NCBI RefSeq assembly: GCF_001194135.2
Contig: NC_068996.1
Span: 34,564,012 to 34,614,367 of the forward strand
DNA: 50,356 nucleotides
From: Octopus bimaculoides
Lineage: Eukaryota
Reading direction: 5' to 3'
The translations under genes were made by a program, and so were the position numbers. How positions within the stretch are numbered: position 1 is the first letter of the stretch; each line of letters opens with the position of its first letter. This document shows positions 1-12,641 of this stretch, one piece after another. The notes beneath the pieces were generated by a model that was not told the DNA's origin, did not search any database, and saw only the letters and a program-made list of their open reading frames with translations.

Positions 1-1213
1 ATGTTGCGTGATCGTTTGTGCAATTTTGCTTGTGATAGAACTTAAATGTTTGGAAAGAGCGGTGATTGCAGTTGCTAAACGCTTCGTTATATCGATTAAG
101 TAGAGTGGGAGAATTGTATTTTAAAATATGGAACGCCTCCGTTAGGCAAAGCTTGCAGTTGGAGCGTTGGCCCTGGTATGGAGTTCCAGAATCTAAGATG
201 GACCATTTTAAGGTGTATTGGGTATTTTTGCTTTTGAGGTGATGAATATGATTGGCTAATGTTGTAGATTTACTGTGTTTGTTGTATCTAAAAGAGTGCA
301 TATGTGCTGCATAACGATGTTTAAAGTTTTTAGTTGCACCAATGTATCTAGCAGTAGAATTATGTAATAGATTTCTCACAGTGCATTTATATATTACATT
401 GTATCTTACGCAATGGGCTTGAAGCGGACAGATAGTCCCGGAGCGACAGTTACAAGTGTAGGGGGCTAGAGGGCTGCGTATGCTGGTGGGTGAGTTATTA
501 TTATTGGAGGTTATGTTATTGGGGGATGTGTAGGAATCTAGATCAATGGAATTATTGTTATGGCTATTTGTCCTATTAATGTTATTATTGGTATTGTTAT
601 TATCTAGAATATTAATGGGTTGGGATCCATTGTGGTTTTGTTCTAGTGTACGAGCGTTAGTGTTAGAAGAACGTATATTAATGTCCGTGTTGGGTGTATG
701 TGTGGGTCGGGTGCTGGCGCTAGCATAGTTATGGTTGCTTAAGTTTTGGTAATAGAGCGAGAGTTTATGTTTGTTAGATTCAAAGTTAGGAGTGGTAGAA
801 TACGATAATTTTAAAGTGGATCTGTTGAATATATAGTGGTATTTGTGTTGTCGTGGGAAGTTAGAATCTAGTATTTTAAAGAAAGATTTGGCTAGGTTCC
901 TAGTGTTAAGAGAGAATGGGGGGGTGTACCACAGGATGGAGCGGCCACCGCTTTTTTGGGGGGNNNNNNNNNNAGTGTGATTGTGGGTTCTGTTTGGATA
1001 TGTGGGTGGTTGGTTGTGGTTTTGATTGATGTTATGTCTTTGGGGTGCGATTTGTGATATAAATTGTTTAAGTCTGGTGTTATGGATGTATTTTATTTGT
1101 TGGGAGAAACCACTAGCCGCTAGTGCTTGATTGTAGTATGGAGCGTGATTGTTAAAGATTTCTTCGGAAGAGGCTATATCAGATATGCGGGTAGAGATAC
1201 CTATGATTAGAGA
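1..1213 (-). mobile_element. Penelope-like retroelement, C-terminal ORF fragment (RT thumb, linker, GIY-YIG endonuclease); runs off the window start
   Basis: The minus frame is open from about 1240 to base 1, and the frame is kept across the 10-N gap at 964-973. It reads GISTRISDIASSEEIFNNHAPYYNQALAASGF...RSILWYTPPFS...FNRSTLKLSYS...CNCRSGTICPLQAHC...VIYKCTV...YIGATKNFKHRYAAH...CKLCLTEAFHI...LLNRYNE...CNH. These match PLE RT C-terminal and GIY-YIG motifs as I recall them. It is absent from the ORF track because no stop is reached. Clade not assigned. Confidence 0.9.
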
Positions 1214-2313
1214 AACCAGCATGTGTTGGATGTCACTTGTCTATGTACCATTTAGCAGTTTTCACTTACTAATGTTCTAAAGGAAGTGGAGGAGGAGAAG
1301 TTTCTTATTTCCACACATCTTTTGGCTAACAAACCTTTCTCTAAGTGCCTATAAGTTGCCCCCTAATTATGAAAAATAACCGAACTTCAGAACAATTGTA
1401 TAAAATCCCCTAAACATGGGAAATCAATATTTTTGGGCATGTGGTATGAAAAAGGAATCCAATGTAAGTAGTTAGGATTAAGAAGGGCATCCAGCTGCAG
1501 AATTCACGCCAACATGGTCATTGAAGCACAATGCAGTCCCTGGCCCCACTAGATCCTGTCAAACCATCCAACTCATGCCAGCTTGGAACATAGATGTTAA
1601 ATGAGGAGGATGAGGAGAAGGCAGAAGATGAATGCAACGTGCTTGGATTCTCAGCAATCCACACCCCAGTCAGGAAACTAACTTTGTTTATAGACAGAAG
1701 CAATAGCCAAAGGTGCCGCGAGCGGAGGTTTCACAGTATTCTGGTTGGAATACCTGTTGTGGTCCTTAGGCCTCGTAAAAAGTCAGTGGCAAGCTACTTC
1801 TCTTAGTTTGTCAAAAATGTCTTGGATATGGTAAGTGATATGAAACTGGAAGATGGTACTTCCATATTGGAGGGAGATTATGTATTTAAGTGACATAATC
1901 ATAATCAAAGACCCTTACATTGTGACTATTAACAAGAAAAACCTGTCTATATAGGGATAAGCATATGTATGTGGCTAAGAAGTTTGCTCTGAAATGATTG
2001 AAGAGCTAGCCTGCAATAAACTAGCATTCCATCCAGGAAGGAGTGTTGTCACCTCAATTACCTGCTTATGAGTCCTGTGGTTCATGACAAACCTAAGAGA
2101 TCTTGATCTTGATGGTTCTACAAAATGGTTTCACAACCAGACATTCTGCCAGATATAATCAAACTAATGTAAAATGTCTTATTGTTTAGTTCCTTAATTT
2201 CAATGGTGTATGAAGAATTATTTAAGACTGCTTTGTAAATGGTTCTTACAATATATCGTTATTAATTTATGGCTTTACTAAAATCTGCAACTTTGATTTT
2301 AATTTACTTCAAG

Positions 2314-2551
2314 GCACTACTCCATCCTCTGAAGAGAACAGTCCATTTCAGCAAGATAAAGAGAGGCTTTTCGATCGCCAAGCCTCTCAGGCCGATGCCG
2401 CCCGTCCATTCTTGCAAGCTCTCGCTGAAGGTAAACTTCAAGACCCTTCCGTTAAGGCCATCCTGTCTCTTATAGAAAGATATTCAAAACAGCAGCACAA
2501 CAATATACGAATTGAATTTCCTCCTGATCATCCTGTAGAAGAAGTCAGCCG
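2314..2551 (+). CDS. HERC2: HERC2 internal exon (window exon 1)
   Basis: ttcaag acceptor, gtgagt donor (phase 1 to 2). Encodes ...RPFLQALAEGKLQDPSVKAILSLIERYSKQQHNNIRIEFPPDHPVEEVSR, matching HERC2 RPFLQAIAD...FPPEHPVEEVGR. The exact acceptor is less certain than the donor. Confidence 0.88.
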
Positions 2552-2972
2552 GTGAGTAAACATTGCCAGTTTCTGTATTTCTCCCCACTCTCGCAGACCC
2601 TGGTTGCCTCCTTTTCTTGCAACCATTGTTACTCTAGCTCCTGCAGCCTCTCATTGCCTCCCTTCTCTCACAACTTCCACTACCTTTCCCACAAATCACC
2701 TCCAATTTCTCACAGGATCCCATCAACTACTACATCTTGAAGCCAGCCTCCATCACCTCCCCATTCTTTGCCCCCACACTACCTGTCCCCACTTTACACC
2801 CTGTTGCCTGCCCCTCTTCACAACTTTTTTTATCCTCTTTTCACCCTTAATGGCTCTTCATCTTTGTACCCTCCCAATGTATTGTTGTTTACTTATTGTG
2901 ACTCTTCACATATTTTCATACCTGCCGATGTTAATAAATCACTAATTCTTCTCTTTTATTTTACATTATCAG

Positions 2973-3132
2973 TTTGTTCCTGTCTGTACTTCTGAAGCAC
3001 CATGATCTTGGCCATGTTGCTCTGAATCTCATTGATCATGTGAATGAAGATTCCTGTGCCAAGATAGTCTTGCCACGTGCAATGGTAGAATTGGTGAAAA
3101 TTGTTGGGCAAGCAAGATGGTCCTTGATCAAA
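2973..3132 (+). CDS. HERC2: HERC2 exon (window exon 2)
   Basis: ttatcag / gtaatt, phase 2 to 0. Encodes LFLSVLLKHHDLGHVALNLI...ARWSLIK (HERC2 LLKHEDLGHVALSL...AKCSLIK). Confidence 0.95.
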
Positions 3133-3459
3133 GTAATTAATTTTTTTTATATATACTCAGAATTATTGGATTCCTCTAATTTACTTACTCAAGTATTTGT
3201 ATTTAAAGATTTTTCATCCAACAAGAGCCACACCCTATTTAAGATAAATACTAAATGGTATGTTTGTGTGTGTGTCTATGCATGAAACTCAAGTCATGAG
3301 ACATACTCTCAGCTTCAGTTTCATATCTTCTCCCTGGATAGAATGCCAGTTTTTCTAGTCTCATCTCTCTCCTGCTCCCTCTTACACTTTTGCTGATTCC
3401 TCTCTCTCTCTCTCTCTCTATCTCTATCTCTCTCTCTCTCTATCTCTCTNNNNNNNNNN

Positions 3460-3504
<45 letters not shown>

Positions 3505-5615
3505 CTCCTCTGCAGCAGCACACCTATTTCTGCCTCATTCTAGGTCACTCTTTCTCCTCTCTCTCACTGGGTAACCATGTACCTCCTCTATAGCAAGATA
3601 TCTATTTCTCTGTCACACTCTAACCTTTTATCTGACCTGGTACTGGATCACCTCCTCAAATATTCCCTCGGTTATAGCAAAACACCTGTTTCTGCCTCTC
3701 TGTCTCTTTGTTACCCTTTAACCTTTTATCCTCTGACATGAGTTCTCCTCCTCAAGTACCCCTACCCCTCTGAAAATTCCTTGTCTTGTAAGTTACTTGG
3801 TGACTCTGTCAGTGTTGGTGCCACATAAAAAGCATCCAATCCACACTGTAAAGTGGTTGGCATTTGGAAGGGCAACCAGCTGTAAAAATCATGCCAAAAC
3901 TAACCTCACCTGTGCTAGTGCTGTGTAAAAAGCACTGAGTCCACTCTGCGGAGTGGTCAGTGTTAGGTGTATCCAGCTGTAAAATCCCTGCCAAAACAGA
4001 CACAGTAGTCTTGAGTATATTTTATATCTGGCCAGCTCCTGTGAACCATCCTACTCATGCATGCATGCATGGAAGATGGACATTAACTGATGATGATGAT
4101 GATGATATTTATATATATGTATAAAAACTTTATCCATTATCAATTTTATAGTTCTTAATAGTGGTCTGGCTACTTTGATATAAGATTTTGATTTTATGAG
4201 GGACTTATTTTTTCTTTTTATTACCAAGCTTACTCATTTTTTCATAAATACTAGAGACTTCCTAGTTCTATATGTGTACATCAAAAATATAGGAAGAATG
4301 TATTAATATACTTATTTCATTAACAAGTAGACATTACTTTCAGTCCTCCTGATGCATCTTGTGTTGTGCCTAATATATATATAGACATCATTTTTAGCTG
4401 TAGAACTTGAAGCAAATAAAGCTATAAAGAATAAAGACCCCCCCTTTGGTCATGAATGACCATGGGGTTGCACCTAGAAAGTTCCCCTCCAAAGCATAAG
4501 TCTGGGCAAGGTTGCTTGTGGAAGACCAGCAGCCACATATGCATACCCAGTCTTCCCTCTCCATGCCACCGATGTTATCCAAGGGAAAGGTTATGGCATA
4601 TACAACTTGGCACCAGTGGTGTCACAATTCATTTCTACAGATGAGTGAACTGGAGCAATGTGAAATAAAGTGTCTTGCTCAAGAACACCACTCACAGCCT
4701 GGTCCAGGAATCAAATTCCTAAGTGGATGCCCGATGCTCTAACTACTGAACCATGTGCCTTCACTAAAGTTATAAATAATAATAGCATGTAAACCCTTTT
4801 TGGATTTTAAAAAAAAGTCAAAGGCTGCTAGTGAGACATGAATTCATGTCTTCTATGAATGTGACATTCTACCATTGGACCGAAGTAATCCTTTGAAATT
4901 CTCTATCCATTTTAGAAGCTTTGTTCTTTCTAGTGGGAAATGAATGTTTGCATCAGAAGAATTTGAAAACTTTGCGAGTACATGAAATAATTCATTTTTA
5001 GGTGTAGAACTTGTAGTAAATAAATAAGACTAAATAATTGCATGTAATGTATTGTTTAATTAATTGACAAGCCAGAAAAAATACAAATATGCAAATGAAG
5101 CCACCAACTTGAGGTTAGCTAAATTTATGACTGCTTTAATATTCTGTGCTGTGATTTGAGAAAGAAAGTGGGTAAAACATTCAAAGATTCCCCATAAAAA
5201 CCAAACTTCCCACCTCTTTTTCTGTTCAACAAAATCCTAAAAGGAATGTTTTTAAATTTTTATTTCACTAACAGCTCAACTTTATAATCTTTTAATTTAT
5301 TTTCATTTTTCAGTTTTGTAAGCCTCATAACTCAATACAATTGTTCTTTTGACAGTATCTAATTACATAAGAGGAATAGTGAAAAAAAGTTTTGAATAAT
5401 GTTGAATGATGCAAGTCAAGTTGTAGTGATATTGTGCTGAGGAAGACATTGTCAGTAAATGGATTATGGTCATAGTCAGGGATGGGATTTGATATAAATG
5501 TTGACTACATTGGAACCATATTGGTAACACAATTTCCACTGTTATGAAAATTAAGAAACTCAGTTTCTGTGATTCTGTGATGTGTTTTTACATGTTATTC
5601 TACTAACTATTCCAG

Positions 5616-5811
5616 GCACATCAAGACCAAGGACAGTCTTATAAAGAAGTTTGCGCTCCTGTGATAGAAAGATGCCATTTTCTTTTTAATGAACTTCGAC
5701 CAGCAATTGATAATGAAATTAGTGTTCTATCTCGCTCAAAGATTCTGAAGACTATGCCAAGATGGAAGAACATTATACAAAAAATGATGGATTCAAAGAA
5801 GAAATTAAAAA
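5616..5811 (+). CDS. HERC2: HERC2 exon (window exon 3)
   Basis: ttccag / gtaatt, phase 0 to 1. Encodes AHQDQGQSYKEVCAPVIERCHFLFNELRPA...MPRWKNIIQK. Confidence 0.96.
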
Positions 5812-6539
5812 GTAATTAGAATTTTTTTGTTTGCATAAAAATTCTTTCTCAGTTTTGCATAAATGTGTCAAAGGTTTTATTGTTTCTTTTTTGTTTTATT
5901 GTATTATAGAATACAAAGAAAGAATTGATCTTATTTTGTGTAGTGGCCTTCACCCTTAGCTGTAGCACTTGTATGTGGGTGATTTAGAATAGTGATAGTG
6001 ATAGAAAATGCTTACCATCCAGCCCATGCTAGCATGGACATTGAATGATGATGATGATGATCTAACTCATCAACACAACCTGGCAAGTCATTAGACTGCA
6101 ACCATGCTGGGGCACCGCCTTCTTACAAATTTTTCATCCTAAGCCAAATGTTATTTTAAAATTTTAGTTATCTTTAATTATCAAGACAATTGATTAATCA
6201 TAATGCTGTCTGGTGAGGCAAATAATCAATCTCAGCTAGTTAACATTTGATTGGAAAATGTCATAGTGTGAGAATTCTGTGTTTATCAAGGCTCCAGATT
6301 TTATAGATATTCTAGAAGCTACTAAAGGCTTAATTATTAAACACTCTTTATGATGGTGAATTCTTATCACCCCATAGAACTTACATACAGTTGTGTATAC
6401 TGGGTCAGTGAAAGATAAGAGATTTTGTAATAAATTGTTGGTCTGTAAGCCAAACTTTGATTGTCAGTTTGGAATATATTTCACAACCATTCCCACCTCC
6501 TAAGAAAACTGCTGAAATAGAATTAAATTGAAGAGATGT

Positions 6540-7507
6540 ACAGGCATGGCAGTGTGAAAAGAAGTTTGTTTTCTAATTACAAGGTTTTGGTTTCAGTCCC
6601 ATTGTATGGCACCCTGGGCCATACAATACTCTCTTAATATAGTGCCAGACTGACCAAAGCCTTGTGAGTGTTGGATTTGGAAGAATGTGTGTGTGTGTGT
6701 TACTGTAATACAAGCAGTCCTTCTTTTCCAATCTTCTGAAAAAACATGTCTGGTCATGGGGAAATATTACCTTATGTGAAAATGTTTGAGGGCTGGCATC
6801 AAATAGGGCATTTGGCTGCAGAAAATCTGCCTCAGCAAATTCTGTCCAACCCATATGAGCTTGGAAAAGTGGATATTTAGTTGATGGAAACACAAACAAA
6901 TCCATCATATATGTGTGTGTATCTTTCTGTCTGTGTTTGTCCCCCCACCATGCTTGACAACTGATGTTGGTATGTTTACATCTTGCAACTTAGCAGTTTG
7001 GCAAAAGAGACAGATAGAATAAGTACCAGGCTTAAAAAAGTCTTAGGGGTTGATTCATTCAACTAAAATTCACCAAGGCAGTGCCCCAGCATGGCCTCAG
7101 TCTAATGACTGAAATAAGTAAAAGATAAAAAGGTGCAGGCATGGCTATGTGGTAAGAAACTTGCTTCCCAACCACATGGTTTCAGGTTCAGTCCCACTGC
7201 ATAGCACCTTGGGCAGTTCTCTTCTACTGTAGCCTCAAGCCAACCAAAACCTGGTGAGTGGATTTGGTAACTGAGTGGATATCGGAAACCAAAAGAAGCT
7301 TGTCGTATATATATGTATATATCTATGTGTGTGCCTTTGTGCCTGTGTTTACGTCCCTGTAACTTAGTGGTTCAGCAAAGAAAGACCAATAAAATTAGTA
7401 CAAAGCTTTAATAAAAAAAATTCCTGGAGTCAATTTGTTCGGCTAGTAACCCTTCAAAGTGGTGCCCCAGCATGGCTGCAGTCAAATGACTGAAAGAAGT
7501 AAAAGAA
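6540..7507 (+). mobile_element. Two tandem copies of a tRNA-derived SINE family (6540-7112, 7136-7507)
   Basis: Head caggcatggctrtgtggtaagaag...ggttcagtcccactg, (TG)n middle, tail gactgaaa..aagtaaaaga. Other copies at about 17020-17330, 24226-24330, 34165-34505 and 37563-37710 (+), and 8762-8905, 10125-10240 and 48236-48375 (-). Confidence 0.8.
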
Positions 7508-8126
7508 TATGTATTGTTGTTAACCACTCAGCTGTGATGTAGGCTGTAGAGTAAATTATTTTTGTTCAGTGTGGTCAACTGTAGCAACAAACAGTCAAAT
7601 TATTTTACTCAGAAGCATAATACATTAACAATAGCCACTCAATCTAACAGCCATCGTAATATCAACATAGACATTTAGCAATTTCTTTGTAATTGAGTGA
7701 TTGTTGGAGATGAACATGTGAAAGTGCTTGATTGCTGTTGACTTGGTGATTCGTTGGATGGTTTGGTGAAGCTTTGATTGCATCATGGACAGCCTATTCA
7801 AGTTAAATCTTTTATTTTAAAAATTTAGATTTATAATTTTTGCGTTATGCTTCTCTATCATTTAAATTGGTATCTCATATTTATCTCTCTTGAGTTAAAA
7901 ACAAAAATGGGTTACTGTGCCCTATTTATTGCAAAAAGGCCAATCAAATTGGTCAAACAGCTTTTATTCTTTAGTAGGATATTTTATAATATTAATAATG
8001 ATTGGGGTTGGGTGGAGGAGAAGGAAAATGTTTTCCTAATTATAATATTGAGTAATTTTTTTTACAATATAAAGTATTTTTTTTGTCATCAATGTGACTA
8101 GTATAATATTAAATGAGTTTAATGTC

Positions 8127-8269
8127 AGAGTGGTTGGAAGGGCATCCAGCTGTAGAAACTCTGCCAAATCAGATTGGAGCCTGGTGTAGCCATCTGGTTT
8201 TACCAGTCCTCAGTCAAATCGTCCAACCCATGCTAGCATGGAAAGCGGACGTTAAACGATGATGATGAT
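8127..8269 (+). mobile_element. RTE-type 3' tail copy
   Basis: Nearly identical to 23174-23273 and to the reverse complement of 28001-28160. Confidence 0.85.
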
Positions 8270-8916
8270 GTCTTCACTTAAAATTCCAATTGCATATCCA
8301 TTTGTGATACTTTAAAGAGATATTAAATAATCAGCCCTCAGTAATTGATTGGTTCTATATTAATCCCAAAATAATGAGAAAAAAATTAATCTTGGCAGGG
8401 TTTTAACTCTCTATATAAACAGCCATAAGTAAAATCCAGCAGACATTTTTTTCAATGTTTTGACAATTCTACCAATCCACTAACCATATAAGAATTTCTA
8501 TATCAATTCTTTCTACTCTAGGCACAAACCTGAAATTTTGGTGAAGGGGTATAGCTGATTACATCAACCTCAGTGCTTGGCTGGTTCCTATTTTATTGGC
8601 CAAAAAGGTTGAAAAACATAGTCAATCTTGGTGAAATTTGGACTTAGAATGTGAATAATGATAATCCAATTTAGTTACTTTATAATTTTTTAAAATGTTT
8701 TACAAACGTCTTGATGTTCCTCAATATATGTCCATGTTTATAAATAGAGTCAGTAACTGATATATTCTTTTACTTGCTTCAGTCATTTGACTGCAGGGAC
8801 TTATTTTTTAAAGCTTAGTACTTATTCTATGAGTCTCTTTTGCCTAACTATTAAGCAATAGGGACATAAACACACCAACACTAGTTGTTAAGCAGTGATG
8901 GGGGGGACAAACTCAT

Positions 8917-9660
8917 CCACTTTGCTTCCATGAGGCCCAATGCTCAAAAGGAACTCAGCCACTTTGCCTCTGTCAGGACCAACGCTCAAAAGGAACTCAG
9001 CTACAATGCCTCCATGAAGCCCAACACTCAAAAGGTACTCAGCCACGTTTCCTCTGTGAGGCTCAACATTCAAAGGTGGATTTTTTTACGTGCCACCAGC
9101 ATGGGTGCACTTGGCTTGATGGGTACTCTTAAGCAGAGCACATCGCCAAAGGTCTCGGTCACTAGTCATTGTCTCTGTGAGGATCAAAGTTCGGAGGTCA
9201 TGCTTCACCACCTTGTTCCATGTCTTCCTGGGTCTACCTCTACCTCAGGTTCCCTCCACAGTTAGAGATCAGCATTTCTTTACACAGCTGTTCTTGTCCA
9301 TATGCATCACATGACCATATCAGCACAGTTATATCTCTTGCACACCACATCTGATTCCTCTTATGCCTAACTTTTCTCTCAAGATGCTTACACTCTGACA
9401 AACATGCATACTGACATTGCACATCCAGCGAAGCATGCTGGTTTTATTTCTCTCAAGCCTACGCATGTCCTTGGCTGTTATGACCCATGTTTCACTGCCA
9501 TGCAGCTGTTCGCACACAGGCATCAAACAATCTGCCTTCAACTCTGAGAGAGAGGCCCTTTGTTGCCAGCAGGGGTAGACCTTTGAACTTTGCTCAGCCT
9601 AATCTTATTCTCACAGCTACACTCTTAGAACAACAACCTCCACTACTAACCTGGTCACTT
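8917..9660 (-). mobile_element. RTE-clade LINE 3' fragment (decayed RT C-terminus plus 3' region with 42-bp tandem repeat)
   Basis: Minus frames give HGSETWVITAKDMRRLERNKTSMLRWMCNVS...LREKLGIRGIRCGVQE, an RTE C-terminal signature, with frameshifts. About 3.8 copies of a 42-bp unit lie at 8917-9076. Confidence 0.85.
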
Positions 9661-9993
9661 TGATACCAGAAGCTATCTACTACCTCCAGCTTGCCCCCCC
9701 CCNNNNNNNNNNNNNNNNNNNNNNNNNNNNNNNNNNNNNNNNNNNNNNNNNNNNNNNNNNNNNNNNNNNNNNNNNNNNNNNNNNNNNNNNNNNNNNNNNN
9801 NNNNNNNNNNNNNNNNNNNNNNNNNNNNNNNNNNNNNNNNNNNNNNNNNNNNNNNNNNNNNNNNNNNNNNNNNNNNNNNNNNNNNNNNNNNNNNNNNNNN
9901 NNNNNNNNNNNNNNNNNNNNNNNNNNNNNNNNNNNNNNNNNNNNNNNNNNNNNNNNNNNNNNNNNNNNNNNNNNNNNNNNNNNNNNNNNNNNN

Positions 9994-10034
<41 letters not shown>

Positions 10035-10430
10035 GTGGAGAATGGAGCAACAAATACAAGAAAAAGCAATATTGTTGGACTAGTTAGCCTATCACTTACC
10101 TATATATATATATACATACACATACAATGGGCTTCCTTCTGTTTCCATCTACCAAATCCTCTCACAAAGCTTTGGTTAGTCTGAAGTTATAGTAGAAGAC
10201 ACTTGCCCAAGGTGCCATGCAATGGGACTGAATCCGGAATCATGCCTGTGCCTTTTTTTTTTTTTTTTTTTTTTCAATTCATCACACACCTTTGGACTGG
10301 CAGAATCATTAGAGCATTGCATGAAATGCCTTGTGGTATGTCTTCTGTCTTTTTGTGTTCTGGTTTCAAATCCTGCTGAGGTTAACTTTGCCTTTTTTCC
10401 CATCTGGGAAATAAAATACTGTTTCAGTCA

Positions 10431-10765
10431 ACATTATTTACATTATTTACATTTGACGGATATTCGTCCTCATCTTGTTTGTTGTTAACACAACGTTTTG
10501 GCTGATATACCCTCCAGCCTTCGTCAGGTGTCTTGGGGAAATTTCGAACCTGGGTTCTCATTCCTATCGATGTTACTATTATTATTATTATTATTATTAT
10601 ATTATTATTATTATTATTATTATTATATTATTATTATTATTATTATTACTATTATTAACCAGGTCGCTGCCGTGAATCGAACTCGGAACCTTGGGGTTAG
10701 TAGCCCGCGCTCTTAACCACTACGCCATATGCCCGTGGGCAATTATGGGGTGAATTTTAAGGCTT
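10431..10765 (-). mobile_element. tRNA-headed non-autonomous retroelement with (TAA)n, hammerhead motif and (TGTAAATAA)n tail, left copy
   Basis: tRNA-like head at 10662-10734. Hammerhead at 10487-10532 reads GACAC CTGACGA A GGCTG..CAGCC AAAA CGTT GTGTT (G12 replaced by A). Abuts the N-gap. Confidence 0.85.
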
Positions 10766-11625
10766 NNNNNNNNNNNNNNNNNNNNNNNNNNNNNNNNNNN
10801 NNNNNNNNNNNNNNNNNNNNNNNNNNNNNNNNNNNNNNNNNNNNNNNNNNNNNNNNNNNNNNNNNNNNNNNNNNNNNNNNNNNNNNNNNNNNNNNNNNNN
10901 NNNNNNNNNNNNNNNNNNNNNNNNNNNNNNNNNNNNNNNNNNNNNNNNNNNNNNNNNNNNNNNNNNNNNNNNNNNNNNNNNNNNNNNNNNNNNNNNNNNN
11001 NNNNNNNNNNNNNNNNNNNNNNNNNNNNNNNNNNNNNNNNNNNNNNNNNNNNNNNNNNNNNNNNNNNNNNNNNNNNNNNNNNNNNNNNNNNNNNNNNNNN
11101 NNNNNNNNNNNNNNNNNNNNNNNNNNNNNNNNNNNNNNNNNNNNNNNNNNNNNNNNNNNNNNNNNNNNNNNNNNNNNNNNNNNNNNNNNNNNNNNNNNNN
11201 NNNNNNNNNNNNNNNNNNNNNNNNNNNNNNNNNNNNNNNNNNNNNNNNNNNNNNNNNNNNNNNNNNNNNNNNNNNNNNNNNNNNNNNNNNNNNNNNNNNN
11301 NNNNNNNNNNNNNNNNNNNNNNNNNNNNNNNNNNNNNNNNNNNNNNNNNNNNNNNNNNNNNNNNNNNNNNNNNNNNNNNNNNNNNNNNNNNNNNNNNNNN
11401 NNNNNNNNNNNNNNNNNNNNNNNNNNNNNNNNNNNNNNNNNNNNNNNNNNNNNNNNNNNNNNNNNNNNNNNNNNNNNNNNNNNNNNNNNNNNNNNNNNNN
11501 NNNNNNNNNNNNNNNNNNNNNNNNNNNNNNNNNNNNNNNNNNNNNNNNNNNNNNNNNNNNNNNNNNNNNNNNNNNNNNNNNNNNNNNNNNNNNNNNNNNN
11601 NNNNNNNNNNNNNNNNNNNNNNNNN

Positions 11626-11985
11626 GAAGGATAGAAAAATAATAGATTTATAAGCCTTAAAATTCACCCCATAATTGCCCACGGGCATATGGCGTAGTGG
11701 TTAAGAGCGCGGGCTACTAACCCCAAGGTTCCGAGTTCGATTCACGGCAGCGACCTGGTTAATAATAGTAATAATAATAATAATAATAATATAATAATAA
11801 TAATAATAATAATAATAGTAACATCGATAGGAATGAGAACCCAGGTTCGAAATTTCCCCAAGACACCTGACAAAGGCTGGAGGGTATATCAGCCAAAACG
11901 TTGTGTTAACAACAAACAAGATGAGGACGAATATCCGTCAAATGTAAATAATGTAAATAATTCCTCATCTCTTAAATATAGAACT
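11626..11985 (+). mobile_element. tRNA-headed non-autonomous retroelement with hammerhead motif, right copy, inverted relative to the left
   Basis: A box TGGCGTAGTGG 11690-700 and B box GAGTTCGATTCA 11733-44, then (TAA)n. Hammerhead at 11862-11907 has G8 and G12 replaced by A. Tail tgtaaataatgtaaataa. Confidence 0.85.
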
Positions 11986-12345
11986 GTTGTATCAGTCAAG
12001 TACTAAAGTCAATAATCATTTCTAATTAAGAAAGAGTTGGGTAGTCAATTATATTAAGTGGGTAGGTTGCTTTGGTGAAATCATTAGAGCATCAGAGAAA
12101 ATACTTTGCAATGATTTTTCTAGCCCTGCACATTCTGAGTTCAAATCCTGCCAGTGTCATCTTTGTCTTCCTCCTTTATAGGATTATTGTTATCAACTAA
12201 TCTTTCTCCCACTCAAATGTTTTGGCCTTGTGCCAAATTCAGAAATTATTGTTTTCATTATTATTGTTTTACAAAGCTACAGCTTATTTAGCAGTAGTTT
12301 TATATCTCTGACACTTTTTATGAATTTTTTTGCCTAAACTTACAG

Positions 12346-12641
12346 AAGTACCTGACTTCAAAGAGGATAAAGATATAGAAAAATTACAGCAACAGCTTAC
12401 TGGAGTTGCTCTGAGTGATAGCAGTCATGACAGGACTGATGAAGATCCTGATGATGAAAATGAAGTGAAGGTGTTTGGGAAAGATCAAGCAAAGGTTGGG
12501 GAACTCACTGAAACACTGTTCACATCAGTAGAAAGTGAAATAGAGAGAGTTTGTCGACAAACTGTTATGCATAGATATGATGTCCACAGGCAAAACAATG
12601 ACTTTGATGGTGGGAAGCTAAAACAAACATCGGAAAAAAAG
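12346..12641 (+). CDS. HERC2: HERC2 exon (window exon 4), acidic poorly conserved linker
   Basis: ttacag / gtgtgt, phase 1 to 0, which joins exons 3 and 5 in frame. 98 stop-free codons, VPDFKEDKDIEKLQQQ...QTSEKK. Homology is weak, so support comes from phase and openness. Confidence 0.8.

Noticed and set aside
9660-11688. Long X-containing ORFs here and at 28075-29121, 30139-30678 and 43514-44161
   Set aside because: Artefacts of N-gaps and microsatellites.
11683-11755. tRNA gene (anticodon-like loop CTACTAA), also at 10662-10734
   Set aside because: No proper acceptor stem; it is the head of a repeat element, not a functional tRNA.
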